From NCBI GenBank assembly GCA_963722055.1, contig CAVRLA010000004.1:339987-403986 (forward strand): a stretch of DNA of 64,000 nt. The letters run 5' to 3'. Under the pieces are notes generated by a model. The model had not been told where the DNA came from and ran no database searches. It was given only the letters and a program-made list of their open reading frames with translations. The position numbers were made by a program, and so were the translations under genes. This document shows, piece by piece, positions 53,593 through 62,963 of this stretch. How positions within the stretch are numbered: the stretch's first letter is position 1; the number at the start of each line of letters is the position of its first letter. This stretch comes from an uncultured Actinomycetes bacterium. GTDB taxonomy: Bacteria > Actinomycetota > Actinomycetes > Streptosporangiales > Streptosporangiaceae.

Positions 53593-54250
53593 TACCTAGT
53601 GACGGCGTATATCGCAACAAGTCGTACGGAACCGGTCACCCACGGCTGTTCCGGGCGGCCCCGCGCCCACAGCCCGGCCCAACTCCGCCTGGGGGAAGAG
53701 GGCCAGGGAGGCAGCCACCCAGCGACAAACGGGCAGCTGGCGTCCCCATGACACATTAGAGAGATGACACAAGATCGCCAGACGAAACCGGGAAATAGAA
53801 GCTATTGAGAAGTTCGCCGCTAAAACGCAGCAGCCATTTTCTGCTATATCCGAACAAAAGCCATATACCGGTCGCGCGAGGCCGCCGCAGCGGGTACAGC
53901 AAACGGAGTGCAACCCCATTTTCGCTACGCTAGAACGCAATGCTGCTTAGCTTGATGGTCGCGGTCAGCTCTACGGGACCAGAAATTGGACTTCAGTCAC
54001 GCTGGTACCGCCAGCAACGCAGTCCGCAGGCTCCAGATCCGCCGGAACCTGATGAAACCCCGGTTCCACCTTGCTCTGACGAGGTGAAAGCCCGGTTCCA
54101 CCTCGTTCAGCGGCGGGCTGACCCTCCCATGATGAACTTAAGCTGCGCTAGAACAGATGAAAGTCCAGGTTCACCGGGTTGCGAGCCGGGCAGAGCGCGG
54201 GCGGGCCGCGGGGGAGGCTAGCGTGACCGGGCCGGGGACAGGAGGCTGAT

Positions 54251-55537
54251 GTGACGGAGCCGGTGCTGCGGCCGCTGCCGCCGCGGGTCGCAGAGCGGCT
54301 CGGTGCGCTCCGCGAGCGCCCCATCGAGGCGACCGAGAAGGGCTTCGGGCCGCTGCGGGGCCGCGCCAGCGCGGCGAGCCTGGCGGCGGACCGGCCCCTG
54401 CTAACCGAAGCGGGCCTGGTCTACCCGCTGCTGACCCTGCGCGAGAGCGCGCTGGCGAACAACCTCGCGGCGATGGCCGGCTACTGCGCCCGGGCCGGCG
54501 TCGCCCTGGCCCCGCACGGCAAGACGGCCATGTCCCCGGAGCTGGCCACCCGGCAGCTGGCCCACGGCGCCTGGGGGATCACCGTAGCCAGCATCGGCCA
54601 GCTGCAGACCTACCGGGCGTTCGGCTTTCCGCGGCTGCTGCTGGCCAACGAGCTCACCGACGCCGCCGGCATCGCCGCGCTGGCCGCCGAGCTCGCCGCC
54701 GATCCCGGCTTCGAGGCCTACTGCTACGTCGACAGCCCGGACGGGGTGGCCATCCTGAACCGGGTCCTGGGCCAGCATCCGGCCGGGCGGCCGCTACCGG
54801 TGCTGGTGGAGATCGGCCACGCCGACGGCCGTACCGGCTGCCGCACCGACGAGGCGGCGCTCGCGGTAGCCAAGGCGGCGCAGGCCACCGGCACGCTCAC
54901 CGTGGCGGGCGTGGCCGGGTACGAGGGGACGATCGCGGGCGGGGAGCCGGAGGTCGCGGCGTTCTGCCGGCGGCTGCGCGCCCTGGCCGACGCGCTGGGC
55001 GACGCTCTGGGCGAGGAGGGCGGCGCGCCCATCGTGACCGCCGGCGGCAGCGCGTACTTCAACGTGGTCACCCGCGAGCTGACCGCCGACGGCACTGCCC
55101 CAGCGCAGGTCATCCTGCGCAGCGGCGCGTACCTCACCCACGACCACGGGTTCTACGGCACGATCTCCCCGGCCGGGCGGGGCGCGGCAGGCGCGCCAGC
55201 GCTGCGGCCCGCCATCGAGCTGTGGGCGCAGGTGCTGTCGCGGCCCGAGCCGGGCCTGGCCCTGCTCGGCGCGGGCCGACGCGACGTCGGCTTCGACAAG
55301 GGATGGCCGGTCCCGCTGCGCGTGATCGGGAGTGCGGCGAGCACGGTGGGCTGGCAGGTCACGGACCTCAATGACCAGCACGCCTACCTGCGGCTCGACG
55401 CCGACGCCGCGCTCCGGCCGGGTGACCTGGTGGCCCTGGGCATCTCGCACCCCTGCACCACGCTCGACAAGTGGCGTGTCCTGGTGGTGCTGAACGACGA
55501 CGACCGGGTGATCGATATAGTGCACGCGTTTTTCTAA
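54251..55537 (+). CDS. PLP-dependent alanine-racemase-fold amino-acid deaminase/aldolase (DSD1 / D-threonine-aldolase-like)
   Basis: 428 aa. PLP-lysine region LAPHGKTAMSPEL. C-terminal GISHPCTTLDKW typical of this family. GTG 5 nt after AGGAGG. Confidence 0.7.
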   Translation: MTEPVLRPLPPRVAERLGALRERPIEATEKGFGPLRGRASAASLAADRPLLTEAGLVYPLLTLRESALANNLAAMAGYCARAGVALAPHGKTAMSPELATRQLAHGAWGITVASIGQLQTYRAFGFPRLLLANELTDAAGIAALAAELAADPGFEAYCYVDSPDGVAILNRVLGQHPAGRPLPVLVEIGHADGRTGCRTDEAALAVAKAAQATGTLTVAGVAGYEGTIAGGEPEVAAFCRRLRALADALGDALGEEGGAPIVTAGGSAYFNVVTRELTADGTAPAQVILRSGAYLTHDHGFYGTISPAGRGAAGAPALRPAIELWAQVLSRPEPGLALLGAGRRDVGFDKGWPVPLRVIGSAASTVGWQVTDLNDQHAYLRLDADAALRPGDLVALGISHPCTTLDKWRVLVVLNDDDRVIDIVHAFF

Positions 55538-55694
55538 GGATCATTTCCGCGTGTATCACGACCGCCATCACCACGTTCCGTTAGGTCAAAATGATTCTTT
55601 CTGAACGGGCCGTGGTTCACCGCCCGGAGCGGAAGAATTCGCCCGGGGGGGTCGATCGAGCTGCCCTCCGTACCTACTTGAGCGGAGCTTAACC

Positions 55695-57383
55695 ATGCCG
55701 GATGAATCTGGATCGTTGGTGCGACTGGCCGGAAGCGATCGCGCGTCGCTGCCGGACGCCACGGACACCGCGCCGCTGGACCCGCAGGAGCGGGCCGAGA
55801 TCACCCTGGTGCTGCGGCGGCGGGCCGAGCTTCCGGAGGAGATCGTCGTCGGGCCCACCGTGCTGACCGCCGACCAGCTGGCCGAGGGGTACGGCGCCGA
55901 CCCCGCCGACGTGGACCTGGTCCGCCGGGAACTGGGCAGCCGGGGCTTGGAGGTCACCGCCGTGCACGCGGTCACCCGCCGGGTCAAGGTGGCGGGCACC
56001 CTGGGCGACCTGTCCAGCGCGTTCGGCACGACGCTGCGGCAGGTCAGCAGTCCGGACCCGCGCGGGCAGGGACGGGTCACTCACCGCTACCGCGAGGGAC
56101 CGCTGTTCCTGCCGGCCGCGCTGGACGGCGTGGTGACCGCGGTGCTCGGCCTGGACACCCGGCCGCAGGCCCAGCCGCGCTTCCGGACCCAAAGCCACGC
56201 CGCAGCCGCCCAGGGCACCTCGTACGCGCCGAACCAGGTAGCGGACATCTACAGCTTCCCGGCCGGCACCACCGGGGCCGGCCAGACGGTCGCGGTCATC
56301 GAGCTCGGCGGCGGGTTCACGACCAGCGACCTTGACGCGTACTTCGGCGGGCTCGGCATCGCCACTCCGTCGATCACCGCGGCCAGCGTGGACGGCGCGT
56401 CCAACAACCCCGGGGACACCAGCGGGGCCTCGGTCGAGGTCAACCTGGACATCGACGTCATCGGGGCCGCCGCGCCCGGCGCGGCGCAGGTGGTGTACTT
56501 CGCGCCGAACAACGGCGACCAGGGCTTCGTCGACGCGATCTCCGCGGCCGCGGAGGCCAGCCCGGCGCCGATCGCCATCTCGATCAGCTGGGGGCAGTCC
56601 GAGGACTCCTGGACCGCGCAGGGCCTGTCGGCCATGAACCAGGCGATGTCCGACGCGGCGGCGCTCGGCATCACCGTGCTGGCGGCCGCGGGCGACAGCG
56701 GCAGCAGCGACGGTGTCAACGACGGCCAGGTGCATGTCGACTTCCCCGCGTCCAGCCCGTACGCGCTGGGTTGCGGCGGGACCAAGCTGGTGGCCGACCC
56801 GGCCACCGGCGTGGTGAGCTCGGAGGTGGTCTGGAACGAGCTGGCCTCCAACGAGGGAGCGGGCGGCGGCGGGGTCAGTGATCAGTTCGCCCTGCCCTCC
56901 TGGCAGGCCAACGCCGGGGTCGGGCCGCGGGCGGCATCGCAGCCTGCCGCGGCCGCGCCCGCGCCGGCGCCCGCGGCTGCGACCGTTGACCCGATGGCCA
57001 GCGAGCACCGCGGGCACAACCCGTCCACCGGCGCGTCCGGTACGGGCGGGCGCGGCGTGCCCGACGTGGCGGGCAACGCCGACCCGGTCACCGGGTACCA
57101 GATCTACCAGGGCGGCCAGGCCCAGGTGGTGGGCGGGACCAGCGCGGTCGCGCCGCTGTGGTCGGCGCTGATCGCCCGGCTCGCGCAGGCCACCGGCAAG
57201 CGGTTCGGCCTGACCCAGCCGCTGCTGTACGCGGGCGTGTCGCCCGGCACGGACGTGCCCGGCTTCCGCGACATCACCAGCGGCAACAACGGCGCCTACG
57301 CGGCCGGGCCGGGCTGGGATTCCTGCACCGGCCTCGGCGTCCCGGACGGCACGGCACTGCTGAGCAGGCTGCAGGGCTCGTAG
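55695..57383 (+). CDS. S53 (sedolisin/kumamolisin-like) serine peptidase with pro-domain
   Basis: 562 aa. N-terminal pro-kumamolisin-like activation region. Catalytic Ser block GGTSAVAPLWSAL. Ala/Pro-rich low-complexity insert. Confidence 0.8.
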   Translation: MPDESGSLVRLAGSDRASLPDATDTAPLDPQERAEITLVLRRRAELPEEIVVGPTVLTADQLAEGYGADPADVDLVRRELGSRGLEVTAVHAVTRRVKVAGTLGDLSSAFGTTLRQVSSPDPRGQGRVTHRYREGPLFLPAALDGVVTAVLGLDTRPQAQPRFRTQSHAAAAQGTSYAPNQVADIYSFPAGTTGAGQTVAVIELGGGFTTSDLDAYFGGLGIATPSITAASVDGASNNPGDTSGASVEVNLDIDVIGAAAPGAAQVVYFAPNNGDQGFVDAISAAAEASPAPIAISISWGQSEDSWTAQGLSAMNQAMSDAAALGITVLAAAGDSGSSDGVNDGQVHVDFPASSPYALGCGGTKLVADPATGVVSSEVVWNELASNEGAGGGGVSDQFALPSWQANAGVGPRAASQPAAAAPAPAPAAATVDPMASEHRGHNPSTGASGTGGRGVPDVAGNADPVTGYQIYQGGQAQVVGGTSAVAPLWSALIARLAQATGKRFGLTQPLLYAGVSPGTDVPGFRDITSGNNGAYAAGPGWDSCTGLGVPDGTALLSRLQGS

Positions 57384-57402
57384 CCGACACGGAGCCTGCG
57401 TC

Positions 57403-57442
57403 AGGCAGGGAGCCCGGTTCTCCGGGCTCCCTGCCTATTTTC
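57403..57442 (+). terminator. intrinsic terminator of the S53 peptidase gene
   Basis: aggcagggagcccgg (57403-57417), loop ttct, ccgggctccctgcct (57422-57436), followed by ATTTTC. Confidence 0.8.
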
Positions 57443-57444
57443 GG

Positions 57445-57473
57445 TTGACACCACCAAATGGGTGACGCATACT
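57445..57473 (+). promoter_or_regulatory. sigma70-type promoter candidate for the MFS-TetR pair
   Basis: TTGACA (57445-57450), 17-bp spacer, CATACT (57468-57473), about 40 nt upstream of ATG 57515. Confidence 0.5.
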
Positions 57474-57514
57474 TTTGATAGTGACTTCCATTTAAGTGTC
57501 GCTGCCGAAGGGAT

Positions 57515-59122
57515 GTGAGTGTCATGGCGGACAACCCGGCTCGCAAGTGGTGGGCACTGATCGCTATCGCGGCGAGCGTGCTCGTGGTCGGGCTGGACCT
57601 GACCGTACTCAACCTGGCCCTGCCCACGATCGCCACCGACCTGCACGCCTCGACCAGCGACCTGCAGTGGATCTCGGACGCGTACAGCCTGGTGCTGGCG
57701 GCCGCGATGCTGCCCGCGGGCCTGCTCGGCGACCGGTTCGGCCGGAAGAAGGTCCTGCTCGTGGCCCTCGTCCTGTTCGGGGCCAGTTCGGCGGCGTGTG
57801 CCTACGCGGGCAGCGTGGGCGAGCTGATCGCGGCCCGGGCGGTGCTCGGTATCGGCGCGGCGGCCATCTTCCCGTTGTCCCTGGCGGTAATCCCGGTGCT
57901 GTTCGCCCCCGAGGAGCGGCAGAAGGCGATCGCGCTGATGGCGTCCGCGACCTTCATCAGCTTCCCGATCGGCCCGATCGTGGGCGGCTATCTGCTCGAC
58001 CACTTCTGGTGGGGTTCGGTCTTCCTGATCAACGTGCCCGTGGTCGTGCTGGCCCTGATCGCCGTGGCGGTCCTGCTGCCGGAGTCGCGCAGCGAGCAGC
58101 GGCCTGGCGTCGACGTCGGCGGCGTGATCCTGTCCAGCGCGGGACTGACCGGGCTGACCTACGGGTTCATCCGGGCCGGTCAGGACGGCTGGACGGACAC
58201 CGGAGCGCTGGCCGCCATCGCGGCCGGGGCCGTGGTGCTGGGCGCATTCGTGGCCTGGGAGCGCTGGCTGACCGGGCGCGCCGGGACCGTCCGCCCGCTG
58301 ATCGAGCTGCGGCTGTTCCGGTCGGCCGGGTTCACCTGGGGCACGACGCTAGCCACGCTGACCTCGTTCGCGATGTTCGGCATCTTCTTCGCGATGCCGC
58401 AGTACTTCCAGGAAGTACAGGGCGCGAACGCCCTGGGGAGCGGGCTGCGGCTGCTGCCGATGATCGGCGGCCTGGTCGTCGGCATGATCGGCAGCACCCG
58501 TCTGGCTACGCCGCGCGCGGGGCGCGCGCCGCTCGCCGATGCGAAGGCCTTGGTCACGGTGGGCTTCACGATCATGACCATCGCGCTCGCGTTCGGGGCC
58601 ACGACGGGGGCGGGGAGCGGGACCGGGTTCGCGGCGGCGTGGCTAGCGACGTTCGGCCTCGGGCTGGGGCTGGCCATGCCGCAGACGATGAACGCGGCGC
58701 TGTCCGCGCTGTCGGCCGAGCGCAGCGGCTCGGGCTCCGCGCTCATCTCCGCGATGCGGCAGGTCGGGGCGACCATCGGGGTGGCCGTGCTCGGCACCGT
58801 GCTCGCCTCGGTCTACCGCGCCCACCTCGACGTGACCGGCCTGCCCGCGGCGGCGGCGGCGGTCGCGAAGAGCGGCGTGGTGGCGGGCGTCGGCGTGGCG
58901 CACGCGCTGGGGTCGGCGGCCCTGCTCGACTCGGTGCAGACCGCGTTCGTCCATGGCCTGGACACCATGCTGTGGGTCTGCGGCGGTATCGCACTGGCCA
59001 GCGCCATCCTGGCCTTGATCTTCCTGCCGCGCCGTCCCGACGGGATGACAGGGGCTCCTCGGGCCGGCGCGGCCGCCGCAGCCGGTGAAAGCGGCACGGA
59101 GCGGGCACAATTGGAGGTGTGA
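57515..59122 (+). CDS. MFS drug:H+ antiporter, DHA2 (EmrB/QacA, 14-TM) type
   Basis: 535 aa. N-terminal ..LVVGLDLTVLNLALPTIATDL.. and LGDRFGRKKV motif A. Confidence 0.85.
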   Translation: MSVMADNPARKWWALIAIAASVLVVGLDLTVLNLALPTIATDLHASTSDLQWISDAYSLVLAAAMLPAGLLGDRFGRKKVLLVALVLFGASSAACAYAGSVGELIAARAVLGIGAAAIFPLSLAVIPVLFAPEERQKAIALMASATFISFPIGPIVGGYLLDHFWWGSVFLINVPVVVLALIAVAVLLPESRSEQRPGVDVGGVILSSAGLTGLTYGFIRAGQDGWTDTGALAAIAAGAVVLGAFVAWERWLTGRAGTVRPLIELRLFRSAGFTWGTTLATLTSFAMFGIFFAMPQYFQEVQGANALGSGLRLLPMIGGLVVGMIGSTRLATPRAGRAPLADAKALVTVGFTIMTIALAFGATTGAGSGTGFAAAWLATFGLGLGLAMPQTMNAALSALSAERSGSGSALISAMRQVGATIGVAVLGTVLASVYRAHLDVTGLPAAAAAVAKSGVVAGVGVAHALGSAALLDSVQTAFVHGLDTMLWVCGGIALASAILALIFLPRRPDGMTGAPRAGAAAAAGESGTERAQLEV

Positions 59123-59176
59123 CGGACATACTCGACTCAAGCCAGGCTGCGGCGCCGTCTGCGCCTGCTGCGCAGC

Positions 59177-59800
59177 ATGACCGGGGGGACGACCCCCCTG
59201 TCCCCCCCGCAAGCCGGCTTGCGCGAGCGGAAGAAGGCCAGGACGCGTGCTTCCCTCCGGGAGCACGCGCTCCGGCTGTTCCGCGAAAAGGGCTACCAGA
59301 ACACCACCGTGGAGCAGATCGCCGCGGCGGCCGAGGTGTCGCCGAGCACGTTCTTTCGGTACTTCCCGACCAAGGAAGACCTGGTCCTGCAGGACGACAT
59401 GGACGTCCGGATGATCGAGGCGCTCGAGCAGCAGCCACCGGACCTGGGCCCGGTCGCCGCCGTCCGCGCGGCCAGCCGGCAGATGTTCGACTCCTACACC
59501 GCCGCCGACATGGACATCCTTCATGAGACCATCAGGCTCACCCTGACCGTGCCGGAGATCCGGGCGCGGGCGATGGATGAGTTCGCCCGGACGATCACGG
59601 TGGTGGCCGAGGCGGTGGCCAAGCGGGCCGGGCGCTCCCCGGACGACCTGGCCGTCCGCGCCGCGGCGGGCGCGGTCGTCGGCGTGATCATGTCGGTCAC
59701 GATGCCGTGGGAGGGCTGGACCGAGCGGAACAGCGTCGAGGACACGTTCGGGCGCATCGACGAGGCGCTCGGCCTGCTGGAAGCCGGCCTCCCGCTCTAA
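59177..59800 (+). CDS. TetR-family transcriptional regulator
   Basis: 207 aa. HTH TTVEQIAAAAEVSPSTFFRYFPTKEDL. Immediately downstream of the efflux gene. Confidence 0.9.
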   Translation: MTGGTTPLSPPQAGLRERKKARTRASLREHALRLFREKGYQNTTVEQIAAAAEVSPSTFFRYFPTKEDLVLQDDMDVRMIEALEQQPPDLGPVAAVRAASRQMFDSYTAADMDILHETIRLTLTVPEIRARAMDEFARTITVVAEAVAKRAGRSPDDLAVRAAAGAVVGVIMSVTMPWEGWTERNSVEDTFGRIDEALGLLEAGLPL

Positions 59801-59933
59801 GCCCGCCCGTGGAGAGGGGCCGGGCCTCAAGACGGGAGAGGGCGGAGTTCTCCAGGGCGCCCGGTCTGCTCGGACCCTGCATCCCTGGGCCGGGTGACCT
59901 CGGCGAGTTTCAGCTCGGTCAGGGCATGCGGCA

Positions 59934-60500
59934 TTAACGCCCGCTCGTGGCGGAGAACTTCAGGCGGTCGCCCGATTGGTGGACGTGAGCGCGGGCGAAC
60001 CCGGCCGCGTGCAGCCTGCCCGCCAGCGTGCCCGGGTCGACCGGGATGAACACGTCGCCGTCGTGAATCTCGCGCCGGGCGGGCGTGTCCAGCCCATCGG
60101 AGCCCACCAGCAGCCCGCCGGGCCGCAGGACCCGGGCCAGCTCGGCCAGGGCAGCGTCCTGTAGCGCGGGGGACGGTATGTGATGCAGCATCGTGAGGCA
60201 GGCCGCGGACGAGAACCGGCCCGCGGAGAACGGCAACCGGGTCACGTCCCCGGCGACGACCGAGACGTTGCTTCCGGCCAGGCGCGAGGCCAGCTTCGCG
60301 GCCAGATCCAGGTCCAGTTCGACCGCCGTGACGCGGGCGGCCTGGCGCCGCAGGACGTCGGTGGTCAGCCCGGGTCCGGGCCCGACCTCCAGCAGGTCTT
60401 CGCCGAGCTCGTAGCCGTCCAGGACCCAAGGCAGCAGCTCGTCCTCCACCAGGCGGGCCCATTCCGGGCTGGAGCAGAACTCCAGGTGTGCCTTGTTCAC
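59934..60500 (-). CDS. class I SAM-dependent methyltransferase
   Basis: 188 aa. Motif I LLEVGPGPGLTT. Confidence 0.8.
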   Translation of the reverse strand: MNKAHLEFCSSPEWARLVEDELLPWVLDGYELGEDLLEVGPGPGLTTDVLRRQAARVTAVELDLDLAAKLASRLAGSNVSVVAGDVTRLPFSAGRFSSAACLTMLHHIPSPALQDAALAELARVLRPGGLLVGSDGLDTPARREIHDGDVFIPVDPGTLAGRLHAAGFARAHVHQSGDRLKFSATSGR

Positions 60501-60523
60501 AGGCCCTCAGGGTAGCCGCCCGG

Positions 60524-61207
60524 TTATCCGGCGGATCCTCCGGTCGCGAGCCGCATGAGGTCAGTGTCGAGGTCGATGGCGACCTCGCTGCCGCCCGCGC
60601 TGCCGTACTCGTGCTGGTAACTCGACCAGGACTGGTCCTTGATCGCGCGGGCGAAGCCGCTCTCCATCAGCAGCACGAGCTCGACCGCGGCCCGGTCGAT
60701 GCGGGTGGCCAGGGCCGGGTCACTCCAGTCCTCGGGGGCGGCGAACAGGGAGGTCGGCGTGGTCATCGTGCGTAGGTAGGCGAACATCGGGCGCATCGCC
60801 TCGTCCGCGACCAGGGCGTGCCGGGCGGTTCCGGCCGTGGCGGCGAGCACGACCGGCTTGGCGATCAGCAGGTCGTTGTCCAGGACGTCGAAGAACGAGG
60901 TGAACAGGCCGCTGGGACCGGCCTTGTAGACCGGGGCGGCGGCGACGATGCCGTCGGCCTCGCCGAGGACCGTGATGGCCTGCTGCAGCTTCGGCGTGAC
61001 CAGCGGGGAGGTCAGCGCGGTGGAGATGTCGGCGGCGATCTCGCGCAACTCGATGACGCTGACCGTCACCGGGTGCCCGCGCTGGGCCGCCAGGGCCACG
61101 GCGCGTTCGGCGGCGCGGTCGGCCAGCAGCCGCGTCGACGACGGATCGCTGGTACCGGCGCTGACCATGGCGAGCCTGAAGGCCTGGGTGTGCTGCGGGC
61201 TGTTCAT
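60524..61207 (-). CDS. NAD(P)H-dependent FMN reductase (LLM-partner, CE1759-like)
   Basis: 227 aa flavodoxin-like reductase sequence (..AMVSAGTSDPSSTR.., ..APVYKAGPSGLFTSFFD..). In an operon with an LLM monooxygenase. Confidence 0.75.
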   Translation of the reverse strand: MNSPQHTQAFRLAMVSAGTSDPSSTRLLADRAAERAVALAAQRGHPVTVSVIELREIAADISTALTSPLVTPKLQQAITVLGEADGIVAAAPVYKAGPSGLFTSFFDVLDNDLLIAKPVVLAATAGTARHALVADEAMRPMFAYLRTMTTPTSLFAAPEDWSDPALATRIDRAAVELVLLMESGFARAIKDQSWSSYQHEYGSAGGSEVAIDLDTDLMRLATGGSAG

Positions 61208-61652
61208 ACGGGCGTGGCCTCGTTCTGGTGGGCTAGTTTCAGGCAGATCGTTTCCAGCTGGCGGAGTTCGGCGGGGTCCAGCCCGGCCGTCATGGCCCGG
61301 GCGACGTCGCGGGCGTGCTGGCGCCCGATCTGGCGCTGCGCGACCCGGCCGACCTCGGTGAGCGAGAGCAGGACGCTGCGCCCGTCGGCGGGGTCGGGGC
61401 GGCGCTCGACGAAGCCGCGGTCGGCCAGCCGGTCCACCAGGCGGGACAGGGCCGGTGGCTGAGCAGGACGTGACGGTTCAGGTCGCAGAGGCGAAGCGGC
61501 TCGCGGTACTTGGACAGCGTGTACAGCACGTCGTACTCCCGCATGGAGACGTCGGCCCAGATGTCTTCGGCGGCGAACTGCTTCATCAGGACCGCGTGGG
61601 CGGACAGCAGCGCCTCCCACGCGTCGTTGGCGCGATGGGTCTGGGTCGGCAT
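61204..61652 (-). pseudogene. MarR-family regulator interrupted by a 1-nt frameshift
   Basis: The N-terminal half is in the frame of ORF 61290-61652 (..LRLCDLNRHVLLS). The winged-helix remainder is in the frame of ORF 61204-61620 (PALSRLVDRLADRGFVERRPDPADGRSVLLSLTEVG..). The junction agccaccggccctg reads as the canonical LLSQPALSRLV only if one G is restored near plus-strand 61455/61456. Confidence 0.75.
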
Positions 61653-62830
61653 CAGGGGTCCAGATCCTCGGCGAGGTCGTCGTCCTGATAGGGAGACGAG
61701 CCCGCGGTGTTATCGCCGCGGTTGGCGTTCGGGCGCGGCTGGCGCGCGGGCAGGTCGCCGTACTTGGCCCGGACCAGGCTGGCGTGAGTGGGCGGCTGGG
61801 GCGTCTCCGGGTCCTGGCGGGCGGCGATCTCCCGGCGCAGCACCGGCACGACCTCCTCGCCGAGCAGGTCGAGCTGGTCGAGGACCATCTTCAGCGGCAG
61901 GCCGGCGTGGTCCATCAGGAACAGCTGGCGCTGGTAGTCGCCGAAGTGCTCGCCGAAGGTCAGGGTCTTGTCGATGACCTCCTGCGGGCTGCCCACGCTG
62001 AGCGGGGTGAGGTCGGAGAAGTCCTCCAGGCTCGGGCCGTGCCCGTAGACCGGCGCCTCGTTGAAGTAGGGCCGGAACTCGCGCTTGGCGTCCTGGCTGT
62101 TCCTGGCGATGTAGGCCTGGCCGCCCAGGCCGATGATGGCCTGCTTCTCGCTGCCGTGGCCGTAGTGGGCATAGCGCTGCCGGTAGAACCGGATCAGGCG
62201 CATGTAATGCTCCTTCGGCCAGAAGATGTTGTTGGCGAAGTAGCCGTCGCCGTAGTACGCGGCCTGCTCGGCGATCTCCGGGGTGCGGATCGAGCCGTGC
62301 CACACGAACGGCGGCACGTCATCCAGGGGCCGCGGGATCGACGTGAACCCCTGCAGCGAGGTGCGGTACTTGCCTTCCCAGTCCACGACGTCCTCGCGCC
62401 ACAGCCGGTGCAGCAGGTTGTAGTTCTCCAGGGCCAGCGGCAGGCTCTGCCGGATGTCCTGGCCGAACCACGGATAGACCGGGGCGGTGTTGCCGCGCCC
62501 GAGCATCAGGTCCATCCGGCCCTTGCTCAGGTGCTGCAGCATGGCGTACTCCTCCGCGATGCGCACCGGGTCGTTCGTGGTGATCAGGGTGGTGCTGGTG
62601 GTGACGATCAGGCGCTTGGTGGTCGCCGCGATGTACGCCAGCAGCGTGGTCGGCGAGGACGAGAAGAACGGCGGGTTGTGGTGCTCACCGATCGCGAACA
62701 CATCAAGCCCGACCTCCTCGGTCTTCTGCGCGATCTGCACGATCGCGTCGATCCGCTCCGCCTCGCTCGGCGTCTCACCCGACACCGGATCCCGGGTGAT
62801 GTCGCTGACCGAGAAGATCCCGAACTGCAT
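61652..62830 (-). CDS. luciferase-like (LLM) FMN-dependent monooxygenase (CE1758-like)
   Basis: 392 aa. MQFGIFSV start and TIM-barrel LLM sequence. CAGGAGG SD. 1-nt stop/start overlap with the MarR gene. Confidence 0.85.
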   Translation of the reverse strand: MQFGIFSVSDITRDPVSGETPSEAERIDAIVQIAQKTEEVGLDVFAIGEHHNPPFFSSSPTTLLAYIAATTKRLIVTTSTTLITTNDPVRIAEEYAMLQHLSKGRMDLMLGRGNTAPVYPWFGQDIRQSLPLALENYNLLHRLWREDVVDWEGKYRTSLQGFTSIPRPLDDVPPFVWHGSIRTPEIAEQAAYYGDGYFANNIFWPKEHYMRLIRFYRQRYAHYGHGSEKQAIIGLGGQAYIARNSQDAKREFRPYFNEAPVYGHGPSLEDFSDLTPLSVGSPQEVIDKTLTFGEHFGDYQRQLFLMDHAGLPLKMVLDQLDLLGEEVVPVLRREIAARQDPETPQPPTHASLVRAKYGDLPARQPRPNANRGDNTAGSSPYQDDDLAEDLDP

Positions 62831-62963
62831 GGCGTGCCTCCTGGGCGGCCCGCCGCGGCGGGCGCAGCGGGTCAGATATATGCGTTTGCATGTATTTCTA
62901 GCGCCGTAGGCCTGCGGGTTATTCCGCGGCAGGTCAGGCGGCCCGGGCCGGGCTGGGCCCTAG

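Noticed and set aside
54043-54114. Hammerhead-ribozyme-like CTGATGA / CTGACGAG ... GAAA strings
   Set aside because: The core elements are not arranged around three helices. Stem II is missing, and the strings are better explained as parts of the direct repeats.
55689-57017. 442-aa minus-strand ORF opposite the S53 peptidase gene
   Set aside because: Shadow frame with no motifs.
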